NCBI GenBank assembly: GCA_963726195.1
Contig: CAVSBO010000004.1
Coordinates: forward strand, 96,001 to 160,000
DNA from: Candidatus Thorarchaeota archaeon
Lineage (GTDB): Archaea > Asgardarchaeota > Thorarchaeia > Thorarchaeales > Thorarchaeaceae
Reading direction: 5' to 3'
Length of the DNA: 64,000 nucleotides
Every line of letters begins with the position of its first letter. The stretch's first letter is position 1. A program made the translations under genes and the position numbers. Positions 42,101 to 53,846 of this stretch are shown here, piece after piece. Below the pieces are notes generated by a model. That model made no database searches. It was given only the letters and a program-made list of their open reading frames with translations, and had not been told where the DNA came from.

Positions 42101-43808
42101 AATTGTAGGTGTTGACGTAATTGACCCTGACGAAGAAGCTCTCATCACTTATTGCATCAATGGTGTAATCATCAGCGATCAATGATGTGGGGTAGTAAAC
42201 TGCTAAGTCCTTCGAGAGGTAACCGGCTTCGGTCCCATTGCTCCAGAAGATTTCTATCGTATGACGGCCATTCTGGCTAGTTGTAGTGCTGATGTCCCAG
42301 GTGTAACTGGATTTGCCAGCGGTTACTGTCGCATTGGGTGGAGCCCAGATTCTTGAGGCTGAGTGCCAGATGGTAAGGTTTGTCGTGCCTGTAACTGCGG
42401 GATTATTGGTCTGATCTTGAACGCTAGGCTCGATGCTTACATTGGCAAGAATGCTAGCCGTCGTCGGCAACGGCTGTCCGGAGCCCGAGTCCTTGGTTGC
42501 TATGAGCGTCAGATAGTTGAAAGCAATACACCTCAACTTCCATGTCCCATTTGTCATTGAGGTACAATAGGCAACCTTCGAATAGGACGCATAGTGGCCG
42601 TAGTCTGAGGTTGAAGTTCCATTGTACAAGCCAACGATGCTCCAGTCCGACATCTTTGACACATTCAGGAACTTTCTATTTGAACTGAAAATAGGAGCAT
42701 AGGACGCAGTCACTGTGGCATTCCACATGACAGTGCCGCCCGGGTTTGCGCATCTCCATACCATATTGGAGGCGATATCCTTCTTGTACCAAAGAGTCAT
42801 GTTGTAATCCATGTATACGGACTGGTTCGAAGTAACTCGAATCTGGACGATGCTCTTGCTCGAAGTAATGTTCCAGTTCTTTCCAGTGAGTGCAGTGCCA
42901 TTGGCTGCCATGGCCGTATTCTCGGCTCGCTTGTACAATAAGGCAGAGCTCGTGGTTCTGTTCCAGGGAGTGTATGTGTAGTTAAGGAACGCCTCGTAGG
43001 GGATGGAACCCCAAAGGCTATCGAACGTATAGTACCGTTCTGTTGAGTATCCAGCTCCGGTTATCTGTGACTGCCAATACATGGCTGGATACTTGCTCGC
43101 TTTCTTGGTGAGCGTCGTCCCGTTCATCACAACAAAGTATTCCTTGTTTGCATTCAGGTCTGCGCTTGTGTTGACTGTGAGCCAAGTCTTCAGCGCTTGG
43201 GCCGCCATGTCAACTTCGGAAGTTGTCGCATTCGACCCGCTTAGGTATCCATCTCTCACACCTAGGTAGATATGGCCGTAAGTTGATAATGGATTGCCAT
43301 AGGTGTTTGTGTAGTAGAAAACAGAATAATTGTTTAGTCTCGCGTCAAAGCCCTTCTTGAAGAATCCTTGAGTTACCTGGTTGTAGTAATATCCTGAGGC
43401 ATCCGGGTATTCCTTTATTGAAAAGTCGTCGGAAGGTGTTTCAGTGATTCCTGCAATCGCCCTTTCAGGAGAGGCAGTGAGGTTGCGAACCCGAAAACCC
43501 ACTCTGTACAGGATCCAGCCCGGTACTTGATAGGCTACCAGACTGACGTTTCCAATGTGCAGACTAGTATTCACGTAGTGATTAAGAACACGAAGCTGGA
43601 GTCCGGTGACAGTTCTATCAGCGAACAGTGTGGAAGTCAGAGTGCTGCCTGTTCCGCTTACGTCGGCCACGTCGAACGTATTCATCGCCCCTGAGCTCGA
43701 AAGAAGGAATGATGCTTTGGACTGTCGGTCACTGTCGGCAGGTGCAACCAGCGTCAGTACGATTGCAGTAACAAACGCAAGGACAAGGATTCCTTTCTTG
43801 GACATCAC
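39154..43808 (-). CDS. Large single-pass surface protein: Ig-like ectodomain, TM, cytoplasmic longin-like and winged-helix domains; frameshift near 39330
   Basis: Signal peptide, many NxS/T sequons, TM followed by KKRKPKK, then CVFYHPF..DLISGFISAITS...LQYFVERFE. Confidence 0.8.
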
Positions 43809-44069
43809 TCAGTCGCCTCAGAGGCATTGTGCCATTAGATTCTCGGCGTGCTCGACGTGCTATTCACGGCGGCACAACTTGTAACTATCATCACGCACCC
43901 GCCTTGTAGGTCCCGGGCATCTACTCTGCGAATGCGCGTAGACAGATATCCACACACAATTCGTAAGCAAATGATATATAGCTGATCTTGGGCGGCCTAT
44001 CTCGGAAATCGGACCACTCAGGCTCAAAGTGCGACGAGACCACGCTCAATTCGTCCTTTGCGAGAATAA

Positions 44070-44664
44070 TCATGTGTAATATGAGGGTCCCGCAGCTTCG
44101 GGCTCGTGACCCTTCTCACCAGTCTGTCCAGTGACCTCATTTAGTATCTGTATGACCATGTCAACAGCACTGTGTACTCTTCTGACGACGTTCCAGAGTT
44201 TGTCCTCGCTGAAGGCATCATCATAGATTCGCTCGGATGCGACGAAAGCCTGGACCTGGCGGCTGAGGACCCGGCTGTCCCGGCTGCGGTTGGATGAAAC
44301 CAAGATTCACATTTTGGGCAAAGCTAAACCTCATTGCTTGCATCTGGAACACGAGCATCTTTTCCGGAGTAAGCAGCTTCAGGTGTTCAGGGGATATCAT
44401 GACCTGCGCTTCAATCTGGACGAACCTCTGATCGTTCGGTCTGACCACAGTGAAGAAGAAACGCATGAACTTGACTTTGAAAAGGAACTCAGCGCGGGGA
44501 TCTGATATTGTTTCTACCTTCGTGCCCTCACGCGAGAACCAATCACGCACGGCTTCCTTAATCCTCTGAGATTGCTCCGAAAGCAGCCTGTCAGAGCGTT
44601 CGGGTTCCTTAATCTTGTCGGGCAGTGCGGCCTTCTTGGTTTTGTCAGGTTGTATGCCAGGCAT
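44070..44664 (-). CDS. DUF2299-like protein, frameshift near 44250
   Basis: VRDWFSREG, ISPEH, ERIYDDAFSEDKLWNVVRRV. Confidence 0.6.
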
Positions 44665-44729
44665 TTGCTTGGTCTCCAGGTAACAGGGGGTTCTGATGAG
44701 ATTCACTTAACGGTTGCGTTGAGCCGTGT

Positions 44730-45530
44730 CTAGTCTTTGAACCATTGGACTTTATCGTATGCCCCGGGTGCGCGATCCTTGTAACAGGTGATTTGGTTTC
44801 GTACTGAATCGAGGGCGACTGTGTCTCCGCTGTTAGTAAAGACCTGCTCTTCAGAGGTCATCCGTGTAAGCCGCACTCCCGAGGGATCTATCATCTGACT
44901 ATGGCCGAAGTATGTTTTTCCATCGAATCCCCGCCCGACTCTGTTTGCCGCCGCCACATAGAGCTGATTCTCGATTGCTCGGGCAATGAGCAGGCTGTCC
45001 CAATGTGCGCTTCTCGGGTCAGGAAACGCTCCGGGAACAAGAATGAGCTGCGCGCCTTCAAGCGCCATTGTTCTGGTTAGTTCTGGGAAGCGAATGTCGT
45101 AGCAGATATCGACCCCTACTTTGATTCCCTTGGCATCAAACAGCACAACCCGGTCGCCGCCACCGAAGACAGTCTTCTCAGCCTGAAACGGATGCACCTT
45201 CCTATACGTGGCGATTGTCTTTCCCGCCGGAGAAGCTGCTATGAGCGTGTTGTAGTAGCCGCCATCCGCTTTCTCAAGTCCCGAACCAACCACGTACGCC
45301 TTGTGCTCCTTTGCAAGGCCCTCGATGAAGCGCGTCGTAGGTCCGGGAACCCCGGGACCGATTCGAGCATAATCGTCGTATCTGAATCCGACGTCGAACA
45401 GCTCAGGCAGTACAATGAATTGTGCACCGTCTTCTGGTCGCTGTCGCAGCAAGTTCCGCACTACAGAGTAGTTCCTTTCCCTGTCCCCTTCTGCAGTCGA
45501 CATCTGGACCATGGTCACTGAGAATTTCAT
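44730..45530 (-). CDS. Carbon-nitrogen hydrolase (nitrilase/omega-amidase family)
   Basis: LPELF, YRKVH, ICYDIRFPE, ARAIENQ. Confidence 0.92.
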   Translation of the reverse strand: MKFSVTMVQMSTAEGDRERNYSVVRNLLRQRPEDGAQFIVLPELFDVGFRYDDYARIGPGVPGPTTRFIEGLAKEHKAYVVGSGLEKADGGYYNTLIAASPAGKTIATYRKVHPFQAEKTVFGGGDRVVLFDAKGIKVGVDICYDIRFPELTRTMALEGAQLILVPGAFPDPRSAHWDSLLIARAIENQLYVAAANRVGRGFDGKTYFGHSQMIDPSGVRLTRMTSEEQVFTNSGDTVALDSVRNQITCYKDRAPGAYDKVQWFKD

Positions 45531-45704
45531 CCTTGGCCACCCGCATCAATGAAAAGAGGTTCCAGCGCGCACCATGACTGTGCGTCTCTTAAGAATGGTG
45601 ACTCGTCACACCGTTGAATCACGCCACATAGCAAGTTGCTGGGGCGAATACGGATTCCACCTTACCATTATACTTATTTCAAACCTTCAAGCCTTTGCGG
45701 AACT

Positions 45705-47130
45705 ATGAATCAGTACGACATGCTGGTCTTGGGCTCAGGCGCCGGAGCCAATGTCGCGAGTGATGCCTACGAGCAGGGGATGACGGTCGCTATCGTGGAC
45801 AACGATCGGTTTGGTGGAACCTGCCTTAACAGAGGATGTATTCCAACCAAGATTCTGACCTATGTTGCGGACCTGATAGTGGAGATTCGTAATGCCGATA
45901 GAGTGAATCTCAAGGCAAGGGTGGAGGAAGTTGATTTCAAGGCGTTGATGGAGCGCATGCGACACGAGACGTGGGACGAATCGGAAGAGATGGAACGCAG
46001 TTTCGGCAAGGTCAAGGGATACGATTTCTACAAAGGAACAGGGGAATTCATTGCGTCCCTACACTATGGAAGTGAATAATGAGAGAATCAAGGCGCAGCA
46101 TGTCGTAATCGCGTCTGGTGCGCGACCTGCGATTCCGAACATCCCGGGCATTGACAGAGTCGAGTACTTCACGAACAAGACGGTCCTCGAGTTGGACGAG
46201 ATTCCCAAGTCAATGATAATAATTGGCGGAGGATTCATAGCTGTCGAGTTCGGGCACTTCTTTTCTGCAGTAGGTACTGATGTTACGATTCTGCAAAGAG
46301 CTCCTTCGCTTATGGTTCAGGAGGACACCGACATCTCGGAACTGCTACATAGAGAGCTTTCGAAGCGAATGCAGGTTTTGACAAACCACGAGGTTATCGC
46401 CGTGCGCGAGGCTCAAGGATTGAAGAGCGTAACAGCAAGAGAGCGTCAGTCTGGCGCTGAGAGGGAATTCACTGCGGAGACCTTGCTCGTAGCGTCCGGG
46501 AGGAGATCCAATGCTGACCTGTTCAAGCCCGAGAAAACCGGCGTCAAGGTTGACAAAGATGGGTGGGTGATCGTGGACGACTACTTCCGGACAAGCCAGA
46601 AGAATATCTGGGCCTTCGGAGACACGCTTGGTCGCTGGATGTTCAGACACGTCGCTAACCAGCAATCAGGCATTGTGTGGCACAACATCTCCGAGACGAT
46701 CAAGCCTGCTGAGGGACGTGTGCCCAGCCTCGCGAAAATGGACTATCATGCTATCCCTAGAGCTGTATTCACGTATCCGGCGATTGCAACGGTCGGGATG
46801 ACATTGCAGGAAGCGAAGGGATCAGGACGCCCGCTGTTGGTTGGCAGGGCTGACTTCACTTCAGTTGCCAAGGGCATAGCGATGGGAAATCCGCCGGGCT
46901 TTGTCAGAGTCATATGCGACGCTGAAGCAGGAGCCATTCTCGGAGCGACAATCATAGGACCGGAAGCTCCCACACTGATACAGGAGATTACTAATCTGAT
47001 GAACAGCGGCAACGGTGACTTCTATCCTGCCTTTCAGTCAATTCACATCCATCCAGCGCTGTCGGAGGTTGTCCAGCACGCCTTCGGGGCTCTAGCGCCC
47101 ATCGACCATGAACATACTCACCATCACTAG
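45705..47130 (+). CDS. Dihydrolipoyl dehydrogenase-like flavoprotein disulfide reductase, frameshift near 46050
   Basis: GSGAG, GGTCLNRGCIP, GGGFIAVE, HIHPALSE; His-rich tail. Confidence 0.88.
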
Positions 47131-47197
47131 ATGCATTTCGTAACATCATAACGCTTAATATGCTCGGCACGGGGTTGCGACCTTGTAAGGGCGGCAG

Positions 47198-47527
47198 ATG
47201 GATGTGCATCCTGTGGTAAACGAAGTCAACACTGAGCCCAAGAAAAGGAAGGACATGCCAAAGACCTCCTACTCGAAACCCGTGATTGGGTCCACAGGGA
47301 AGACAGGTAGTTGGCGAGTATTCGATCCTGTGATAGACCACGACAAGTGTACGCGATGCAGGACCTGTTGGATGGTCTGTCCTGAGGCATGCATAGACCT
47401 CGACGAAGATGACACTCCCCACATCGATTTGGACTATTGCAAAGGTTGTGGAATCTGCGCTGAAGAATGTCCGTCGAAATGCATCTCTATGGTACGGAAA
47501 GGGGAGACCAAGGAAGAACAGCAATAA
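47198..47527 (+). CDS. porD: 2-oxoacid:ferredoxin oxidoreductase delta subunit
   Basis: KTGSWR..PVID..CTRCRTCWMVCPE...YCKGCGICAEECP. Confidence 0.9.
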   Translation: MDVHPVVNEVNTEPKKRKDMPKTSYSKPVIGSTGKTGSWRVFDPVIDHDKCTRCRTCWMVCPEACIDLDEDDTPHIDLDYCKGCGICAEECPSKCISMVRKGETKEEQQ

Positions 47528-47560
47528 GGACAGAGCTGATGAGTGCGAACTACGCCACTG
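47468..47560 (+). repeat. Left copy of the 93-bp porD/porA junction (intact porD end plus dead porA start)
   Basis: Colinear with 58640-58732; 47529-47560 matches 58701-58732 at 30/32 nt. Confidence 0.9.
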
Positions 47561-47566
47561 TGACAG

Positions 47567-47713
47567 CTATGACCGTTCTCGTCTTGTCCACTTCCCGCAT
47601 TTCACGCAGCGGAAATGCACGAACACGGTCGTCTTCCCTTTGTCGACCTCGGTTTCCTCATGCTTCTCTATGAGTCTACCTCCGCAATATGGGCATTCTT
47701 CGCTCAACGTCAT
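47567..47713 (-). CDS. Small Zn-ribbon protein (48 aa)
   Basis: MTLSEECPYCGG...FRCVKCGK. Confidence 0.65.
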   Translation of the reverse strand: MTLSEECPYCGGRLIEKHEETEVDKGKTTVFVHFRCVKCGKWTRRERS

Positions 47714-48610
47714 ATCGACTCTCGAGGGGCCAAATCGGTGATATCGTTCACTCGATGGAGTAATCTCTCTCAGCCATACCTTGACATCGGAACGTATTGA
47801 AGCTTGCACCTTGCTCTTTCACTACGAGAAAATCTCACTAGCTGCAGCCTGCCTGTCGAATCAATCTATGGGCTGGAGCTCGCAGATTGCGCTCTTGCCC
47901 GTAGTCTAGGCCGCCCTCTAGGCTCCGTGGCGGAAGCGCTCAGGCGAGTCTACGGAAAGAGCCGTCACGTTTCCAATGTTCAGATACTTTCGATACCTGT
48001 TGCAGGCCACAGAAATCAAACACACGTACAAGATGATTGGCGATACCGGTGGTTGTCTCTTGCGCGAGTCGCTCGCCAATCGCCATATGAGAATTCCGGG
48101 ATTACATGGACAGAACGGACAGGTTTCTTGCGCTTTTCTGTCCTGTAGCAGAAAGACGCCTCGAACGGGACCAGCCTGCTGTCGCAAGACGATACACGGA
48201 ACACTCATGCTAAACCGTCAAACAGTGGACTGCTCCCGAAGAAACTCGGAAGGAGTGTCGCAGCCTCTCTCGTTTTTCACGCACAGACACAAGAGGCGGT
48301 CTCAGTCCATTTGCTGACCCTTGACAATTCGAATAGCGACATGAGCGGTTGGACGGACCAACTCACGCTAGCGACATCGAACGCTGTCTTCTGACGGCCT
48401 TTGTACGGGTTCAGGAGCACGAGGCTGACGCATGCATCTCCAACTCTCACGGGATAAATCACAAGTTAGCTTATTACTGACTGGGTAATCAAGACTAACA
48501 TCGTCTCGTGATTGGCGCCGGAGTAAGACAGGTGGCGTCTGACAACTGCCAATGCAGCTCTCTGTAATGGTATCGATGTGCCCTACGGCCTTGGAAAGAA
48601 GGTTGGCCAC

Positions 48611-49704
48611 ATGGAAAGTGTGAGATTGATATGGACCCTCATCGAGGGAACCAATGATATGGTTCAGAGTGTAAAACCAGATGGCACGTTCGAGTACGTT
48701 AACAAGTCTTGGCTAAGAGCGCTGGGATACACGGACGATGAGTACCCGGACCTCCATCTTAGCGATGTCATCTATCCTCCGAATCTTAACGAGTATGAGG
48801 AATATGTGGCTAGGGTCATGAATGGCGAGACTCTTAGCGACATTCAGGTAACCTTTGTAAAGAAGGACGGCACTCAAGTTCACGTTGAAGGTAATCTGTA
48901 TCCTCGTTACGAAGGGAATCGGGCGGCAAGCACAATAGGATTCTATCGCGACATCACCGAGCGCCTCCGGGCAGAGACAGCGATTCGTGATGAGCGTGCC
49001 CGCACCCAGTTCTTTGGTGATCTCATGACCCATGATCTCACTAACATTCACCAGGAGATACTGTCGACTTTCGAGCTGCTTGTGCAGACTTCCTCACTTT
49101 CTTCAGAACTGCGCGAATTGGTCCGAGAAGGACTTGTCGAAGTGGAGCGCGCTGCAACCCTTATTGCGAATGTCAAGAAGCTCTCCCAGCTTTATGCAGA
49201 GAAGCCGGAGATTACTCAGGTCGACCCTGCAGACGCTCTTCAGGAAGCTGTAGAGCTACTATCGAAGCCTTCCCGGACAAGCGTCTTCTACTGAAAGCCA
49301 ATCTGTCCCCTGGCCAATGCACTGTGCTTGGGAACCAGTACCTGAAGGATGTGTTCTATAGTCTGCTTCACAACGCGATGAAGTTCGATGAACGAAAGAA
49401 GGTAGAGGTGGACATAGAGGCCGAGCCCATTATGCACACGCCTTTCCTGAAGATTCAGATTAAGGATCATGGGCGAGGGGTCCCTGATGAACATAAGCAA
49501 GATATCTTCGCCAGAATCATTGATAGAAGGGAGAGTATCTTGGGGTTGGGACTGGGCCTTACCTTGGTGAAGAAGATCTTAGAAAGCTATGGCGGTCAGA
49601 TAAGCATCGAAGACAGGGTGGAGGGCGATTACACGAAGGGAGCCAACTTCATTGTGCTGCTCCGATGTGAATTGCCCGGAGAACAACAGGGAGGTACAGT
49701 GTGA
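48611..49704 (+). CDS. PAS-domain sensor histidine kinase, frameshifted at about 49.27-49.32 kb
   Basis: PAS (YVNKSW...RDITER), DLMTHDLTN, NAMKF, DHGRG, GLGLGL. Confidence 0.88.
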
Positions 49705-50066
49705 TGGTAAGCATCTTCATTGTGGACGATGATGAGCTGATACACAAGGTGTTGGAACGCCTGCTAGCCGCTGCAGGTTTTCGCGTATCTGCACATGCCT
49801 TCAATGGGGCCGAGGCTGTCGAGAAGTTCGTTCAGATGAACCCGCGGCCCGACATTATTCTCATGGACCATCGGATGCCTGTGATGAGTGGTGCTGCTGC
49901 GACCCGGGAGATTCTCGCGTTGGACCCGTCTTCCAAAATCCTCTTTGTAAGTGCTGATGAAACTGTGAAAGATGAGGCCATCGCTGCAGGAGCTCTAGAC
50001 TTTCTGACAAAACCGATTCGTAGTGTCGTTCTGTTCGATATGATAAAGAAGTACGCATCCGCCTAG
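49704..50066 (+). CDS. Single-domain response regulator
   Basis: IVDDD, MDHRMP, SAD, KP. Confidence 0.92.
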   Translation: MVSIFIVDDDELIHKVLERLLAAAGFRVSAHAFNGAEAVEKFVQMNPRPDIILMDHRMPVMSGAAATREILALDPSSKILFVSADETVKDEAIAAGALDFLTKPIRSVVLFDMIKKYASA

Positions 50067-50626
50067 TCTCCATGTATCCGATAGGTGCAGGGGTTCTAAT
50101 CAGTCGTTTTAGTGATTACTGTGCGCAACAGGTGGTTTCTCCTGCCAATGCAGACACAATCCTGAGAAGCAAGACGAGATCCTGTCCTACAACCCTCCCC
50201 AAAGGCAACGGTGATTGATTCGACAGCAACAGCGGCAAACGCCCGTGCGGCGCACCACAGCTGCCGCCTCTCATGTGGAGGTAGCTCCTACCAAGACGCT
50301 ATGGCGGGTAGCCTGCTCACAGGTGCCAGCCTAGGAAGTAAGCCACATATACGCTTTCATCGGGGACCGCAGCATATGCACACAATACCATTATCAGGTA
50401 CTCCACGAAATCGTAAGGAAGGGTAGGTGTTTGGCAGTCGCTTCTCAAATAACACCTTGGACTCTTCTCGCGCTTCCAGAATGCAGTATACCAGCCCGAC
50501 TGGCTCCTGGAGGGTGAACACAGGTTGAGATGGTATCGCCATGAAAAAAAGGCTCGCGGGCAAGTCAGTGAGTCCGCAACAGCAAAGCCCTCGGGCGGGC
50601 TGAGGACTTCAGCTCAACCCTTGACA

Positions 50627-51865
50627 ATGGAAACACCCAACCCGACAACAGCCGACTATTGTGCACGGTCTAATGAAAGACTTCTATTCCTTTACCACAG
50701 AGCCTCAGGAATGGCGCCCTATTCCCACACGTTCGTGTCTGGAGGACATGATCCCCAGATGCTATCGGGAATGGTGTCAGCCATGTCAAGCTTCATGAAT
50801 GAAGTCACGGGGGTTCAGGAGTCCAAATGGAAAACAGTCTACGGTTCCAATTCGGTCCTTATCGTACAAGCGGGAGAGTGGATGGCTGGAGTCCTTGAAG
50901 TGATGAGAGAAACAAGCGAAATGCGAAGTAGGCTACGCCGCATCGTAAAGGAATTCGAAGATAGCTTTCCAATGTTCAGGGGCGGAGATGTCTTCGATGG
51001 GACCATCTTTGAACAGTTTGACAGATTTGTTAGACGCGTGTTCGTTGATGACAGGTTGTCAGAGCGCTCGGCTATTCTGAAGGGCTCCGACTGGGGTGAT
51101 ATCCACGGACAATATGCGCATCCCAGCATTAGCTTCAAGGTGGCAAGACTCTTGCATGGCCTCAAGAGCGGACAGTCAATCGCGGAAGTTGCTCAGTCAC
51201 AGGGCTTGCCCCTTGAGGAAGTCAAGAACCTCGTGTCAGAGGCTGTCTGGCAAAACGTAATCCATCTAAAGTACGTCCCAGCAGATGATGATGTTCTGGC
51301 CCTCTCGGAGAGGTCTTCCAGCGTGATCCTGAAGCAGGGAAACCCAATGGGAATCTCCTCTGCGGCTCTGAGAGTGCTCGCACATCTTGATAGTCGCACT
51401 CCTGTTTACTCCCTTATGAGAGGAGTGGGTTCAGAGTCTGTCGACAGAGTGCTGGATGAGCTAGGGAACCTGATTGATGAGGGATACGTTCAAAGGATTC
51501 CACTTGAAAGACGCTTTGTTCTGCTACACGAATGTATCCTCTCTCGATTCATGGCCGCAATCGCCAAAGCTACAGGTCCCGCAAGAGCAAGGAGCTGGTG
51601 GCTAACCGTTTGCAGCAAGGGGACTGACCAGCATCCGTTGCTAGGAAGGATCCATCTCACAAGAGACTTCCGAGCTAGATGTGTGATCGAAGATACCATG
51701 ACTCCCGCTGACTTGGACAACATGTACGACGCCCTTGGCTACCTCATAAACGAGATTGAGAATCAGCCATCGATAGCAAGAGATTTGAACAGAAACCTGC
51801 TCCAAATCGCCAGAGAGCACTGCCGCCGGACATGGGGCTCATACTTGATGGACACAACATTGTAG
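50627..51865 (+). CDS. Longin-like domain plus tandem winged-helix protein
   Basis: FLYHRASGMAPYSHTF..DPQMLSGMVSAMSSFMNE...RLRRIVKEFE, then two HTH-like segments. Confidence 0.7.
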   Translation: METPNPTTADYCARSNERLLFLYHRASGMAPYSHTFVSGGHDPQMLSGMVSAMSSFMNEVTGVQESKWKTVYGSNSVLIVQAGEWMAGVLEVMRETSEMRSRLRRIVKEFEDSFPMFRGGDVFDGTIFEQFDRFVRRVFVDDRLSERSAILKGSDWGDIHGQYAHPSISFKVARLLHGLKSGQSIAEVAQSQGLPLEEVKNLVSEAVWQNVIHLKYVPADDDVLALSERSSSVILKQGNPMGISSAALRVLAHLDSRTPVYSLMRGVGSESVDRVLDELGNLIDEGYVQRIPLERRFVLLHECILSRFMAAIAKATGPARARSWWLTVCSKGTDQHPLLGRIHLTRDFRARCVIEDTMTPADLDNMYDALGYLINEIENQPSIARDLNRNLLQIAREHCRRTWGSYLMDTTL

Positions 51866-52084
51866 CGGCGGAAGTTGAATCGTTCTTGTCGTTCTCCTAC
51901 GGTTTGCTGGTTGGGTCCGCATCCTTGCAAAAGGTGATTGACCATGGGCTGGTCCACGCCGATTGATGATAAGGGTTCAGGCGTTCCCGGGCGGCCTGTC
52001 ACGACAAATCATACATATTCAACCCTGACAAATAGCCCTCTGTCGAACCTAGGCCGGCTATTCAAAACAATGTGCATTATGAAA

Positions 52085-53197
52085 CTAGATTGCCTTCGGC
52101 AGCATTACCTTGAACGTGGCACCTGATCCCTTCTCAGTATCGACTAGCTCGATGGACCCCCCCATTCCATTGACAATTTCTCTAGAGAGATACAGTCCAA
52201 GCCCCCCTCCCGTTGTGGAAGCTCCCTTCTGAAAGAGCTTGTCCCTCAATGATTCTGCTATCCCGGGGCCATTGTCAGAGACAACGACTTGGGCATAGCT
52301 TCCCACGAGTGAAACATGCACCTCGACTGTGGGTGTTGCCCCCGCGTATTTGGCTGCATTCCGCAATAGGTTGTCAAACACGGCTGGCAGAAGCCTGCTT
52401 TCCTCAATCTTCAGGTCTTCAGCTTCTGGGTCAACAATCACGTTGACTTTCATGCCGGTGTTAGCCTCTTCCGCCTGTCTGCAAGCTCCCCTAACAAGCA
52501 ACGCGATACCCCTCCCTAAAGAGTCTGAGGGTTTGCCAAGTGCTTGCAGTAGGCCCATCATTCGCTCTGATACAGCTTCTATTGAGGACAGAGCTTCCCG
52601 AACGCCGCTATCGCTTCTATCGGTAATCATGCGAAGCAAATCTACATTCGATAGGATGACATTCATGTCATTCTTCAAATCATGGCGAAGCAGAGAAGAA
52701 TACAGTTCGAGTTCCCGCTGTAGTTGAACTCCTAGCCTCTTGGCACGTGTCCTTTCGATGAATGCCGATAGCTCAGCAGCGAGGGTATCGATTAGTATTC
52801 GTTCTTCGAATAGAAAGGGCTCCTCATTATGCTTCGGCTTCATCTCCTTGAGATAGGAGACATCCAAGCGCCCCGCTTTTCCCTCAGATGTCACTATGTC
52901 GGACGACAGCATCCAAGGCGTTTCAAGAAAATTCTCCGTCTGCACACACAGGCTTCCGATCACGACTCTAGAACAGGCAATAGATTGGTGTTGAAACCCC
53001 TCTATTATGACATGAACAAACGTGTACAGAGTATCATTTACATTCTTCTCCAAGTCCGAGAGAATCTGCCTGACAGTGAAAAGGCAGACAATCTGGTGGC
53101 CAGCACGCGCAACGGGGGCATCGCTGTTCGTGGTGACCTTTGGCCCAGCAGACTTTGGTTTGTCTCCTCTCTTAGGCGCCAATGCTTGACCCTCCAA
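52085..53197 (-). CDS. Sensor histidine kinase with GAF-like N-terminus
   Basis: LLRHDLKN, NLLRNAAKY, DNGPGI, GGGLGLY. Confidence 0.9.
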   Translation of the reverse strand: MEGQALAPKRGDKPKSAGPKVTTNSDAPVARAGHQIVCLFTVRQILSDLEKNVNDTLYTFVHVIIEGFQHQSIACSRVVIGSLCVQTENFLETPWMLSSDIVTSEGKAGRLDVSYLKEMKPKHNEEPFLFEERILIDTLAAELSAFIERTRAKRLGVQLQRELELYSSLLRHDLKNDMNVILSNVDLLRMITDRSDSGVREALSSIEAVSERMMGLLQALGKPSDSLGRGIALLVRGACRQAEEANTGMKVNVIVDPEAEDLKIEESRLLPAVFDNLLRNAAKYAGATPTVEVHVSLVGSYAQVVVSDNGPGIAESLRDKLFQKGASTTGGGLGLYLSREIVNGMGGSIELVDTEKGSGATFKVMLPKAI

Positions 53198-53846
53198 ATC
53201 CCTTCAGGCAGTTCCCGGTGGGCTCTGTCCCGCTTGATGCCACATCAGATTCACTGTCCTCGTAGTCCACATCCGTCAGAGGAGAGGTCAAGGATTGACG
53301 TACTTCTGCATAAACCCCCTTATAACTTTTCGACTAGGAACTCTGTGCGACTATTTTTTCGAGAAGGGCTGGTCCCGAGTCAGCTGTTCTAGTGTGTCGG
53401 TTAACAAGAGCATTAGTACAGCAATTCGCGATTAGCAGCTAAAGGCCCGTTCAGCGACCCTCAATTCCTTCGAGAGATTGTGATTGCGTGAACTCCAAGT
53501 TGAAAACTACAGGTCTCAGGAAATGAGATGTGTGCCTATCGAACCTGATATGCAGAAGCACTTGGTTTGACCGTAGACGTGTAGCTGTGGCAGCCTCCTC
53601 GGTAGAAGCAAGAAGCTCACCGGAGGCAAGTTGTAGGAGGTCGTGTGAGGCAGGTCGGCACCGGTCGTTTGACAAGACCAAACTAAGGAGGCCCTTCTTG
53701 AGCACCAATCTGTAGCAGATTCGCTTATCTGCATTGTTCCGTGTTTATTCAATTGGGACTCGTGCAATTCGCAGCCAATGCTTGTGGCCGCCGCGATTCT
53801 GTCAAGGGTTGTTGGGTAGGGATGTCTGACGACGGTTGAAGCGAAG

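Noticed and set aside
53590-53630. SECIS-like hairpin and Sec/Pyl readthrough
   Set aside because: No in-frame TGA/TAG at a conserved catalytic position was found in any gene, and the motif fit is poor.
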